From assembly GCA_963843065.1 (NCBI GenBank), contig CAWJKX010000223.1, positions 4,780-68,779 of the forward strand: a stretch of DNA of 64,000 bases. Direction: 5' to 3'. This document shows positions 50,408 through 61,146 of this stretch, piece after piece. The position numbers and the translations under genes were made by a program. A model generated the notes under the pieces. That model searched no databases and had not been told where the DNA came from. It worked only from the letters and a program-made list of their open reading frames with translations. The DNA is from an uncultured Bacteroidota bacterium. Lineage in GTDB: Bacteria > Bacteroidota > Ignavibacteria > UBA10030 > UBA8401. How positions within the stretch are numbered: the stretch's first letter is position 1; every line of letters begins with the position of its first letter.

Positions 50408-50436
50408 TTGAATTTCTATGGCGCTTTATTTACATT
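50408..50436 (+). promoter_or_regulatory. Sigma-70-like promoter candidate (TTGAAT-N17-TACATT) for the ABC operon
   Basis: Hexamers at 50408-50413 and 50431-50436, about 80 nt upstream of the SBP gene. Confidence 0.3.
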
Positions 50437-50518
50437 CTTCCACGATATTTTAACGGAAGTAGTAAGGATTCTTTAAATGCTGCCTTTTGACGCATCTTTC
50501 GCGCTGTTCAGAAAAGAG

Positions 50519-51463
50519 ATGAATTCAATCATGAGAAAGAGCTTACCGATAGTTTTAATTGTTATTAGTTGCTTGCTTGCCGTTTCATCCTGCGGAAAAA
50601 AGGAAGAGGAGCAAAAACACACGAAAGTAATCGGGGTAACGTTATTGACCCGCGGGCACATGTTCTATAAGGACCTGGAAGAAGGGCTTCGCACGGAAGC
50701 CGCAAAGGATGATTATGAGTTGATCGTTACCGCGGCGGAATTCGATATCGGGAAGCAGATCGCGCAAATAGAAGATTTCGTTGCCCGCAAAGTGGATGCG
50801 ATTATTGTGTGTCCTGTCGACTCAAGGGGCGTTGGCAGCGGTATCAAGAAGGCGAACGATGCGAAGATTCCCGTTTTTACCGCAGATATTGCTGCGCTTG
50901 AAGGAAATGTCGTGAGCCATATTGCGTCCGATAACGAGCTTGGGGGAAAACGGGCCGGAGAATATCTCGCACAGCTTCTTCACGGCAAAGGAAACGTAGC
51001 AGTGATCGACCAGCCGATCCTTACCTCGGTGCTCGACCGTGTTGCAGGGTTCAAGAGTGCGATTGAAAAATATCCCGGCATCAAGCTTGTTTCCGATGTG
51101 AACGGAGATGGAGTACGGGACAGGTCGTTGGAGGCAGCCTCCGATCTTCTTCAAGCTCACCCCGATTTAAACGGGATATTCGGGATCAACGACGAATCTG
51201 CGCTAGGGGCGCTTGACGCTGTGCAGGCGTTCAAGCGGATGAATATTGTCATCGTCGGGTACGATGCAACGCCGCCGGCCATCGACGCCATCCTCAAAGA
51301 CTCTCCTCTGAAAGCCGACGTGATTCAATATCCGAAGAAAATTGGTGCGGCAACGATTTCCACCATTAAGGATTATTTTTCAGGGGTCAATGTTCAGAAG
51401 CGGTATGCCGTCGAAGTCGGTATTGTAGACAAGGAAGCTTTGCAGAAGACAACCTCACCGTAA
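50519..51463 (+). CDS. Sugar ABC transporter substrate-binding lipoprotein (RbsB/LacI-type periplasmic binding fold)
   Basis: Lipobox LLAVSSC. IGVTLLTRGHMFYKDLEEG..., VDAIIVCPVDS and IVGYDATP are typical of pentose/hexose-binding proteins. Confidence 0.85.
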   Translation: MNSIMRKSLPIVLIVISCLLAVSSCGKKEEEQKHTKVIGVTLLTRGHMFYKDLEEGLRTEAAKDDYELIVTAAEFDIGKQIAQIEDFVARKVDAIIVCPVDSRGVGSGIKKANDAKIPVFTADIAALEGNVVSHIASDNELGGKRAGEYLAQLLHGKGNVAVIDQPILTSVLDRVAGFKSAIEKYPGIKLVSDVNGDGVRDRSLEAASDLLQAHPDLNGIFGINDESALGALDAVQAFKRMNIVIVGYDATPPAIDAILKDSPLKADVIQYPKKIGAATISTIKDYFSGVNVQKRYAVEVGIVDKEALQKTTSP

Positions 51464-51465
51464 GT

Positions 51466-52974
51466 ATGCCCGCACTTTTACATTTGAAAGGTATTTCAAA
51501 ACAGTATCCCGGCGTTCGGGCGTTGGACGACGTCGGGTTTGAATTAAACGCCGGGGAAGTTCACTGTCTTGTCGGAGAAAACGGCGCCGGCAAATCGACG
51601 CTGATGAAAATTCTTTCCGGCGCACTTGCCAAGGACAGCGGGGAAATCATTATCGATGGAAAGAAGGCAGAGATCCATTCGCCATCCGATGCTTTGACGT
51701 ATGGCATCGGGATCATTTATCAGGACTTTAAGCTCGTGCCGGAGCTGTCGATCGCTGAAAATATATTCCTCGGCAAAGAGCCGATGCGGGCTCAGGTTCC
51801 GTTCATCGACTATACAACAATGCACAGAAGTGCACGGCTCCAATTGGCCCAACTTGGGGAAGAATTTGACACAACGGTTCCGGTGCGCACGTTGAGCGTA
51901 GCCCAGCAGCAGGTTGTTGAAATTGCGAAAGCGATCTCTCAAAAGGCGACTATACTCGCGCTTGATGAACCTTCGGCGGCACTCACAGAACGGGAGCTCG
52001 TTAATCTTTTTGCGATTATCCGGCGGCTGACATCGGAAGGCGTCGGCGTTATTTACATTTCGCATCGGCTGGAAGAAATTTTTCAAATCGGAGACCGCGT
52101 GACGATCATGCGCGATGGGAAGATGGTGAATACCTGCCCCGTTGCAGAAGCCGATAGAAAAAGTCTCATCCGATGGATGGTAGGACGTGAATTGGCGGAC
52201 GAATATCCCTTTGGCGGCCTGACACTCGGCGAGGAGCTCTTCCGGGTTGAGGATATCCATGCGGGAATGCTGAACGGCATAGATTTTTCTTTGCACCAAG
52301 GAGAAATACTCGGTTTCGCGGGACTTGTGGGAGCGGGACGCACAGAGCTTGCCCGTGTTATGTTCGGCGCCGACGCGAAGGAGTCCGGCAGAATGTTTCT
52401 CCACGGGAAAGAAATTGCACCTCGTTCTCCCCGCGAAGCGATTGACCTTGGTATCGGTCTTCTCACGGAGGATCGAAACAGGCTCGGGCTCATCCCGGAG
52501 ATGAACGTTATTGAAAACATCTCTCTGCCCAGCCTCTCCGATCTGCTCCGAGGACCGTTCCTTGATACATCAAAGGAAACGCAAAGAGTTCAACCTTTTA
52601 TAGAGCAACTTCGTATCAAGACACCGGATGGGCGTGAATCGGTTGAAAATCTCAGCGGCGGTAATCGGCAAAAGGTGATTCTCGCACGATGGCTATTGAC
52701 AAAATCGAAAGTGCTGATTTTTGATGAGCCTACCGCAGGTATCGATGTCGGCGCGAAATATGAAATTTACTCGCTCATCGGCAAGCTTGCAGGTGAAGGC
52801 GTCGGCATTGTATTGATCTCCTCCGACCTTCCCGAGCTTCTCGGAGTGTGCAGCAGAATCATCGTCATGCACGATGGATGCATCACCGGCGAATTACAAA
52901 AGGGGGAAGCGACACAAGAAAAAATAATGGCGCTTGCGACACTTGTACCGGAAGAGGTGCGTCGTGAAAACTAA
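51466..52974 (+). CDS. Sugar ABC transporter ATP-binding protein (duplicated ATPase, RbsA/MglA-type)
   Basis: 502 aa with Walker A GENGAGKST, signature LSVAQQQ and LSGGNRQK, and Walker B ILALDEP and VLIFDEP. Confidence 0.9.
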   Translation: MPALLHLKGISKQYPGVRALDDVGFELNAGEVHCLVGENGAGKSTLMKILSGALAKDSGEIIIDGKKAEIHSPSDALTYGIGIIYQDFKLVPELSIAENIFLGKEPMRAQVPFIDYTTMHRSARLQLAQLGEEFDTTVPVRTLSVAQQQVVEIAKAISQKATILALDEPSAALTERELVNLFAIIRRLTSEGVGVIYISHRLEEIFQIGDRVTIMRDGKMVNTCPVAEADRKSLIRWMVGRELADEYPFGGLTLGEELFRVEDIHAGMLNGIDFSLHQGEILGFAGLVGAGRTELARVMFGADAKESGRMFLHGKEIAPRSPREAIDLGIGLLTEDRNRLGLIPEMNVIENISLPSLSDLLRGPFLDTSKETQRVQPFIEQLRIKTPDGRESVENLSGGNRQKVILARWLLTKSKVLIFDEPTAGIDVGAKYEIYSLIGKLAGEGVGIVLISSDLPELLGVCSRIIVMHDGCITGELQKGEATQEKIMALATLVPEEVRREN

Positions 52975-53924
52975 AGAGCGCGCTCATTTCTTTTCGTCGC
53001 TGCCGGCAAAATTTGGCATAGGAATAACGTTGGCAGCGGAGGTCATTCTCTTCTCTCAGCTTTCACCATATTTTTTTACCGCTGAAAACATACTGAACGT
53101 ATCGCTGCAGCTTTCGATCACGGCAATCATTGCAGCAGGAATGACATTCGTTATACTGACGTCGGGAATAGATTTATCAGTTGGTGCGCTGGTGGCCTTC
53201 ACGGGTGTTATTTCCGCAAGCATCGCTAAAGTGTCTCTCCCAATTTTCGTTGCGCTTCCCTTAGCCATCGCAGCGGGGCTGATGGTCGGCGCAGTGTCGG
53301 GGGCGTTTGCCGGAGTGTGCGTTACACGGTATGCCATCACGCCGTTTATTGCCACGCTTGCTTTAATGACAATCTTCCGCGGTGCGGCGTACATCTACAC
53401 CGACGGGAGACCGATTTGGGAACTCCCGCAACAGTTCGCCCTTCTTGCAGGAGGGCGGGTCTTTGGAATTCCGATTCCAACTCTGATTATGATCTTCGTA
53501 TACATCGGCTCATATATTATTTTGGAATGGACGCGGTTTGGCCGTTACGTCTATGCGGTTGGCGGTAACAAAGAGGCGGCGCGGCTTGCCGGTATCAATA
53601 CGAATCGGATCTTGATCGGAGTGTACGTTATATGCGGCGTGCTGACCTCGTTGAGCGGAATCCTTCTCGCATCACGCGTAAACTCGGGTCAGCCGAACGC
53701 AGGATTGATGTACGAATTGGACGTCATCGCCGCAGTTGTTGTTGGGGGAACCAGCCTTTCCGGAGGTCGCGGCACAATCGTGGGGACATTGCTGGGGGCA
53801 GGTACTGATCGGCGTACTGCGGAACGGATTAAATCTTCTCGACGTCAATTCATATGTGCAACAGGTAGTCGTGGGTTTTGTTATACTCTTCACAGTGATG
53901 ATGGATCAATTGAGAAAGAAGTAG
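52964..53924 (+). pseudogene. Sugar ABC transporter permease (RbsC-type), frameshift near 53798
   Basis: Polytopic permease (…TSGIDLSVGALVAF…GGNKEAARLAGIN…). After ...GTLLGA the conserved tail VLIGVLRNGLNLLDVNSYVQQVVVGFVILFTVMMDQLRKK* is in the frame of ORF 53736-53924. The shift lies at a GGGGG run. Confidence 0.85.
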
Positions 53925-54206
53925 TGTTACCAAGGGCATGAATGTCCTGTGCATACCACATGCATCCTTCTGTCCTGACCCTAAAAGGCCGGGATATGAA
54001 TAAAGATTGATCTTGTAAGACTTCTTGGAGGAGGGAAAAACAGAGCTTGCCCAACCGTTTATGGTCGGGTCATGCGAGCCAAAATCAAAGATCATTATGC
54101 CCTCGGGGCTTTTAAGTATGATTGGTTGAAAAGCAGGAAAAACGGTCCAAAACTAGTTGATTATCAAAGCCGGGTTTTATAAAATCACGATAGCAAAGGA
54201 GTCCTT

Positions 54207-57200
54207 ATGAAGTTTTTTTTCTCGCTTGTCGCAGCGATAGTTTTCCCATTCACCGTCATGGCACAGACAAACGTTGACAGAGTGGCCGGTGCCCTCGATT
54301 CTCTGGCAACGCTCCAAATGAATGATTTGAAGATGAGTCCGAACCTCAAGTTTGGAGAGGTTAAGGGGGATCCAACGCAAAAAGGATTCGACGATTCACA
54401 ATGGCAAACGTTGAAAATTGCTGAATCGGTGCATTCCGATTCGTGCTGGTTAAGGAAGGAAATTATTCTTCCCGATTACATCCTGGGGAGAAAGGTCGGT
54501 GGATCGGTAAAACTTCTCGTGTCGGTCGACGAATACGGATACATGTGGATCAACGGAGCGGGCAAGGGGTATTTTCCCGGGGACGGTGTTTTCGTTCTGT
54601 CGACCGATGCAAAGCCAGGAGAGAGATTTCTAATCGCAATCCGTGCCATCACTACGTGGGGAACAATCAGGCTGCGGCGTGCGGATATTGAGATGGCAAG
54701 TACCGATACGATTCGTCAAGCCATTAAGGATTTCTCGCTGAGTATACGCGTTGGTCAAAAACTCTTGAGCCTCGACACGAAACAATCAACTCCGTACGAT
54801 AAGAAAGTTCAAGATTTTGGAGTCGACAAATCGAAGATCGACAAGGGAGAAAAAGAAAGGCTCAACGGACTGCTCCAGGAACAGGTGGCCCGGCTTGACG
54901 TCGATGCCCTCCGCGTGTCAGCGATGGATAAGTTTACCGCCTCGCTCAGCGATGTCCGTTTACAGTTGAAACCTATTGCGGAATTTGCCAAACGGTTTAC
55001 TCTCTCTTTTGACGCCAATGCCCATATCGACGCCGCCTGGCTCTGGCGTGATAAAGAGACGGTTGAAGTGTGCAAGAACACATTTACCTCCGTCCTGAAT
55101 ATGATGGACACGCGGCCCGATTTTTCGTACACGCAAAGTGCGGCGCTGTACTACGACTGGATGAAAGAGAAATATCCTGACGTGTTCAACAGAATCGCTC
55201 AGCGCGTGAAAGACGGGAGATGGGAAGTTGTCGGCGGAATGTGGGTTGAGCCGGACTGCAATTTGCCGAGCGGCGAATCGTGGATGCATCATTTGCTCAT
55301 CTCAAAAAAATATTTCCAGAAAGAATTGGGAGCCGATGTGAAGATAGGCTGGAATCCCGACTCGTTCGGCTACAATTGGAACATGCCGGAGTTTTATCAG
55401 AATGCCGGCATCGACGCATTCATTACTCAAAAGTTGGGGTGGAATGACACGAATATTTTTCCATACCGTGTCTTTTGGTGGGAAGGACCCGACGGTTCGC
55501 GCATTCTCACTTATTTCCCGTACGACTATGTGAACGAGATCGAAGACCCCTTCCAGCTTGTTGACTGGATGCGGCAGTTTGATGCGAATACCGGTTTCAC
55601 AAGAATGATGGTGCTTTTCGGCGTAGGAGATCATGGCGGCGGGCCGACGAACGACATGCTAGATCGCATCGAACACTTGAAACACCTCGATATCTATCCG
55701 AATGTCGAATATTGTTCGGCGGCTCAGTACATCGATTGGCTCAAGAAACAGGATCCCGAAGAGATCCCAACGTGGAAGGACGAACTCTATCTCGAGTTTC
55801 ATCAGGGGACGTTTACTACTCAGGCAAAGATGAAAGAATATAATCGTCAGAATGAGGAGCTGCTGACGTCTGCAGAAAAGTTTTCGACGCTTGCCACGCT
55901 GTATGGGAAGAGCTATAATCACACATTGCTGAACGACGCCTGGAAAGACGTGCTCTTTAACCAATTTCACGACATCCTTCCCGGTTCTGGTATTCGCGAG
56001 AACTACATCGACGCAACGGAACGCCACAAGGCAGCAAAGAAAAGCGGAACGTATGAGTTACAAAAGTCGCTCGAAACGATCGCCTCCAGCATTAATACTT
56101 CAACAATAACGAAAGGAACACCGGTTATAGTGTTCAACCCGTTGTCGTGGGAGAGGTCAGATGTCGCGGCAGTGAGTTTGCCTGAGGGAGATACGAGTCG
56201 AGTACGCGATCTTTGAAGCAACCGGGAAAGAAGTTCCTTCGCAGATCGTCGAGAAAGGTCTATTGGAGAGGGAAGTACTTTTTGTTGCACAAAGAATTCC
56301 TTCTTTCGGTTTTAGAATGTATGAGCTGCGACAACAAGCTTCGATGGCCGTTGCAGTGAAACCCAAAGATTCTTCCTTAACGATCGAGAACGAGTATTTC
56401 CGCGTGACAATCGGCCGTGATTCCGGGTGGGTGAAAAACATTGTTGATAAATTGACGGGAAGGCGATTCTTGGCCGGCAACGGCAATAAGTTGCAATTGC
56501 TTGAAGACAAGCCAAAGCAATGGGACGCATGGAATCTTGGTCTAACAGGAAAAGAATATCCGTTAAAACTGCGACGGATAGAAGTCGTCGAACGAGGTCC
56601 GGTGAGAACGGTGATCCGCGTTGTCCATGACTGTCTCGGTCCGAGTTTCCGGCGCGATTATCCAACGCCCGATTTTCCCAGCTCGTTTTTTACACAGGAT
56701 ATTATTCTTTACAGCGGGGTGTATAGAGTAGATTTCAAGACCGATGTGGATTGGTGGGAAGAACATACGATGCTCAAGGTCGCCTTTCCAATATCGACGA
56801 TTGATACGGTCGCGACATATGAAATTCCTTACGGCACGATCCAGCGTTCGACCCAGATGCGGAACAGCTGGGAGAAGGCAAGGGTTGAGGTACCCGCGGA
56901 GCGTTGGGCGGACCTGTCGGGCTACGGGTACGGCGTAAGCCTGTTGAATCGTTCGAATTACGGTTACGACATCAAAAGCAACACGATGCGATTGTCGCTT
57001 CTCCGTTCTCCGTTATGGCCGGATCCGACCGCCGACCGCGGAAAGCATTCTATTGAATACAGTTTGTATCCTCATCCCGGAACATGGAAACAAGCGAACA
57101 CAGTGGCAGTCGGTTACGAGTACAACAATCCGCTGATCGTAGCGACGAGCGGCATCCACAAAGGGAGACTTCCTTCATCCGGCTCGTTCCTGCAGCTTGG

Positions 57201-57441
57201 ACCGCCAAACCTTATTCTCACGGTACTGAAAAAAGCAGAGGACTCTGATGCTTGGATCGTTCAGTGGTATGAAACGAGCGGAGAAGACTCAGAGGCCGTT
57301 CTGTGGCTACCTCAAGTCCCCACGAAAGTCGTAATGTCAAATTTCATGGAGGAAGACGGAACAGCAGTTGCGATTGACGGACATATGGTGAGAGTCCAAA
57401 CAAAAAAGAATTCCGTTGTAACGTTGAAGATTACGTACTAG
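54207..57441 (+). pseudogene. GH38 alpha-mannosidase (~1070 aa), frameshift near 56200
   Basis: GH38 catalytic motifs NAHIDAAWLW, GGMWVEPD, WNPDSFGY and FGVGDHGGGP. After ...EGDTSR the protein continues as EYAIFEATGKEVPSQIVEKG... in the frame of ORF 56263-57441. Confidence 0.85.
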
Positions 57442-57809
57442 CGCCGCATAGAGAAATATTTTGTGATGCCACCTCCACTGCGGCTATGCTGAGCAATGCA
57501 AAACCGCAGAGGGGGCGACGTTTGCACGACCATTAATGCATGTCCCGCTGGAATGCGCCTAATAATATTTTATGGCCGATTCCTTTTGGAAACAGTATTT
57601 CGATGGAAGTGTAAAGAAAAACGAAATCCATCTCGGTTAGCAATAGCTAACCTATAAGAGTCATTTCTTCCTTTTCTTCGAATTCCCCCGTTACTCAGAT
57701 AAGCTGCATTCGCTATTTGCGTCGACCCCGGCCTGATTCGGTGATTTTCGACGCGTAAATTCCTACCTCGCTCTTCATTGTAATATTGAAAAAAATATTC
57801 AATTTGGGC

Positions 57810-57836
57810 TACATTTCGCGTTTCATCTGCCGATAA
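57810..57836 (+). promoter_or_regulatory. Sigma-28 (FliA)-type promoter candidate for fliC
   Basis: Exact -10 GCCGATAA (57829-57836), with TACA (57810-57813) 15 nt upstream (consensus TAAA-N15-GCCGATAA). Lies 88 nt before the fliC ATG. Confidence 0.5.
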
Positions 57837-57923
57837 TACTTTTAGAAGCTCACAAGGCTTTCCACACACATACGGGCACGGAAGCCCACTTCAAACCACA
57901 AACCATATTACAAGGAGGTAGTT

Positions 57924-59078
57924 ATGGCAACAACCACTGGTTCCCGAATCAACACTAACGTCGCTGCATTGAACGCCCTTAACGCGTTGAATGCGGTGAA
58001 CTCAGATCTCGCCGTTCACCAACTGCGTTTAGCGTCGGGTAAACGCATCAATTCTGCAGCCGATGATCCGTCGGGCTACGTGATTTCCAGCAAGATGGGT
58101 GGAACCCTTGCTGCATTGAACGCTGCCTCGGACAACGTCAGTGATGCGCAGAATATCTACAACGTCGCAGAGGGAGGGTATCAAACGATATCCAACCTTA
58201 TGACGCAGATTAAAGCTCAGCAAACCGAGTTCAATAACGGCGGACTCGGCACAGACGAGCAGAATGCAATTGCGACAACGATTTCGGACCTTGCGAAAGA
58301 AATCGACGACACAGTTGCGCAGACGCTGTTCAACGGCAAGAGCCTGATCAACGGCTCCTTTGATGCTGGTGTTGCTCAAACCGGCGGCACTCTTAAAGCT
58401 GGTGTGGCTGGCGCTGACAACACTGTCACTGCTGTCGACGTTTCGGGTGCGCAGGCATCAACGACGTACACATTAAGCGATCAAGGCGCAGGCGTTCTTC
58501 AATTGACCCGCAGCAGCGATAATGCGACCGCACAGGTAACAATGGGCCCATCAACAGTAGGCGGAGCGCAAACGCTTAACTTCGCAGCTCTTGGCGTTAC
58601 CATCGATGTGATGGGAACAGGAGCCGCTACCGCGGCAGCTTCGGCCACAGATTTGGCTGGCGCAGGAACGACAATCATCACGGGTGCAGGCACAACGCCG
58701 GCATTCCAGGTTGGCGATACGGGTGCAAATTTCGCGATGTCGCTCACAACCCCCGTTGGATCAGCCGCTCTTCTCGGAACCGCAGCTGGTTCAATTACAG
58801 CCGCAAACGTTGCAGGGCTGACTGTTGATACCGGTATCACAACTGTTCTCGACGCGATCGGTAGTATCGGTGCCGAGCAGAACCGTCTTACGGCGAAACA
58901 GACGAACCTTTCAACCATGATCACAAACATCACGGCTTCACAGAGCCAGATCACGGATGCTGACATTGCAGTAGAGCAAATTGCGTCAGTGAAAGATCAG
59001 ATTCTGCAACAGACTGCGACAGCACAATTGGCACAAGCCAATCAGTCGCCGCAAGTCTTCTTGTCGTTGTTCAAGTAA
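57924..59078 (+). CDS. fliC: Flagellin
   Basis: 384 aa with N-terminal RINTNVAALNALNALN...LRLASGKRINSAADDPSG and C-terminal LGAEQNRL...ITDADIAVEQIASVKDQILQQ...QANQSPQVFLSLFK. Preceded by a strong SD (AAGGAGG). Confidence 0.95.
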   Translation: MATTTGSRINTNVAALNALNALNAVNSDLAVHQLRLASGKRINSAADDPSGYVISSKMGGTLAALNAASDNVSDAQNIYNVAEGGYQTISNLMTQIKAQQTEFNNGGLGTDEQNAIATTISDLAKEIDDTVAQTLFNGKSLINGSFDAGVAQTGGTLKAGVAGADNTVTAVDVSGAQASTTYTLSDQGAGVLQLTRSSDNATAQVTMGPSTVGGAQTLNFAALGVTIDVMGTGAATAAASATDLAGAGTTIITGAGTTPAFQVGDTGANFAMSLTTPVGSAALLGTAAGSITAANVAGLTVDTGITTVLDAIGSIGAEQNRLTAKQTNLSTMITNITASQSQITDADIAVEQIASVKDQILQQTATAQLAQANQSPQVFLSLFK

Positions 59079-59094
59079 CAGCTCATGAACGAAT

Positions 59095-59135
59095 GAGGGG
59101 CTTCGACCGGGAGGCCTTAGCCCCTCTCGTTTTTT
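59095..59135 (+). terminator. Rho-independent terminator after fliC
   Basis: Stem GAGGGGC (59095-59101) / GCCCCTC (59120-59126), followed by TTTTTT (59130-59135). Confidence 0.75.
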
Positions 59136-59197
59136 CCGCGACGAAGGAATGAGTAAAGAGCATATGACTTAGAATAGGACAAGAGCATGAGGGAGTT

Positions 59198-59608
59198 ATG
59201 GAATCTGCAAATCAACAATTGATTGGGACGCTAGAAAAAGAAGCAGCTGAGGAGATGCTTTCGGCCGAACGGCACACAAAAATGATGAAGGCCGGAAGCC
59301 AGCACGCCATCGCTCTCGCTGCGAACTCATACAGAAGAGAGCACCTAGTGAACCTGACGCCCGTTCAAGTGATCAAGAAACTGTACGACACGGCAATTTT
59401 TGCGTGCAGGAAAAAAGATTATTCTCTCGCCCATAGAGCGATCACGCAGCTTATCCTCGGATTGAATTTCGACTACGAGGAAATGGCAGGGGGATTGTGC
59501 GGCTTATATATGTATGCAAAAGAATGTATTCGCAAGAACGAAATCGCTGAAGCGATAACCGTGCTCGAGGAATTACGCTCAGCTTGGGTTCAGGCATTTA
59601 AACTATAA
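59198..59608 (+). CDS. fliS: Flagellar export chaperone FliS
   Basis: 136 aa four-helix pattern (LTPVQVIKKLYDTAIFACRKKDY...AITQLILGLNFDYEEMAGGLCGLYMYAKECI...). Located between fliC and fliD. Confidence 0.85.
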   Translation: MESANQQLIGTLEKEAAEEMLSAERHTKMMKAGSQHAIALAANSYRREHLVNLTPVQVIKKLYDTAIFACRKKDYSLAHRAITQLILGLNFDYEEMAGGLCGLYMYAKECIRKNEIAEAITVLEELRSAWVQAFKL

Positions 59609-59628
59609 TTGACTGCGAGGATAGCAGA

Positions 59629-61131
59629 ATGGCAACCGGACCAGCAACCCAGGTATCATCAACGATTCAAACCGCGGTTACACAATACCAAACGGACCTT
59701 CAAACCGAAGAAGTGACGCCTCTTCAGAATCAGGAAACGGCGCTCAATGCACAGATTTCGGCACTTGGGACTATGCAAAGTAATCTGCAGACATTATTCA
59801 ACACTACCACGGCGATGGCCGTGACCAATAGTTCGTCCACCTTCCTGACGATGACCGCGTCAAGCTCGATGTCGAACATTGTCTCTGCAACGGCCTCGGC
59901 TAATGCTACGGTGGGAAACCATTCTATTCTTGTCACACAGCTTGCAAAAGCAGACGTGGCCCTTTCCAACCAGCTTACCAGTTCTGCAAACACCATTGTG
60001 ACGGCAGAGGGAGCAGGACAGAAGACGATCCAGGTGGGAAATGAAAGCGTTAACGTCACACTTTCCAGCGGCGATTCCAACAGTACCGTTTTGACAAATA
60101 TCGCGAATGCTATTAACGCGGCGGACGGAGATGTTACGGCATCTGTCGTCACCGACACTTCTTCGACAAGCCGGCTGGTGCTTCAATCGACACAGACAGG
60201 GTCGGCGAATGCTATTACGCTCTCGGATACGACCGGGACACTCCTCGCGAACATCGGCCTCTCCTCGTCGGTGATTTACGGCAGGACTGCTTTCACTTCT
60301 ACAGCCGGCGGTTTTATGAACCAGAGCACGTCGAGCCTCGATGCGAATTTTGAGCTTGACGGGATCGAGATGGTCCGCTCCAGCAACACCGTCACCGACG
60401 CCCTGACCGGCGTAACATTGACGCTGAACGGTGTCCAGAGCTCCACCGACACGCCGGCGACGATCAATGTGAGCATCAATACGAATCAGGTGCAATCGAT
60501 GGTGCAGCAATTTATCACGAACTATAATGCGGCTCTCTCGTACCTGAATACCGAGACATCGATCACTCCCGCAAGCGGCACTTCGACAGCTCCTACTCCT
60601 CAGATCTTTGCAGGAGATATGACCTTCACGATGCTGAAGGTAAATCTGGAGACCATGATGTACGGGCAGGTTACGCCGGCGAAGTCGGGCGCTCCGGAGA
60701 ACCTTTTTGAAATCGGGATTACGCCGGGCTCTGACGGCACGCTCAGCATTTCGGACACCTCGAAGTTCAATGCAGCTATGGCCGCTGATCCAACAGAGAT
60801 TACGAATCTCTTTAATGCGTCCAACGGCGTTGCTGTGCAGTTGAACACCCTGTTGAAGTCTTTTGTCGCACCAACAACGGGAACCTTGCAATCGATGAGC
60901 AGCACCGCCTCGACGGAGGTGACGAACCTCAACTCCAGGATCAGTACAATCAATGCACAGATCACAAACCAAACGACGCAGTATCAGAATGAGCTTATTC
61001 AGTTGCAGGCTGAGTATGAAGATATGCTTGCCACACAACAGGAGATGTCAAGTATCTTAACCGGCAGTCTTTATCCGGACACGACAACCGGTTCAACAAC
61101 TACCAGCTCCACATCAACAACTTCATCATAA
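59629..61131 (+). CDS. fliD: Flagellar filament cap protein FliD
   Basis: 500 aa with an N-terminal coiled region (...EEVTPLQNQETALNAQISALGTMQSNL), a central Thr/Ser-rich domain and a C-terminal heptads region (...LNSRISTINAQITNQTTQYQNELIQLQAEYEDM). Confidence 0.9.
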   Translation: MATGPATQVSSTIQTAVTQYQTDLQTEEVTPLQNQETALNAQISALGTMQSNLQTLFNTTTAMAVTNSSSTFLTMTASSSMSNIVSATASANATVGNHSILVTQLAKADVALSNQLTSSANTIVTAEGAGQKTIQVGNESVNVTLSSGDSNSTVLTNIANAINAADGDVTASVVTDTSSTSRLVLQSTQTGSANAITLSDTTGTLLANIGLSSSVIYGRTAFTSTAGGFMNQSTSSLDANFELDGIEMVRSSNTVTDALTGVTLTLNGVQSSTDTPATINVSINTNQVQSMVQQFITNYNAALSYLNTETSITPASGTSTAPTPQIFAGDMTFTMLKVNLETMMYGQVTPAKSGAPENLFEIGITPGSDGTLSISDTSKFNAAMAADPTEITNLFNASNGVAVQLNTLLKSFVAPTTGTLQSMSSTASTEVTNLNSRISTINAQITNQTTQYQNELIQLQAEYEDMLATQQEMSSILTGSLYPDTTTGSTTTSSTSTTSS

Positions 61132-61146
61132 TCGTAATGATGCAGG

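Noticed and set aside
51544-52404. 286-aa minus-strand ORF
   Set aside because: It is antisense to the ABC ATPase, whose Walker and signature motifs are on the plus strand.
59860-61038. 392-aa minus-strand ORF (Arg/Cys-rich)
   Set aside because: It is antisense to fliD. Its composition is the mirror of the Thr/Ser/Ala-rich fliD codons.
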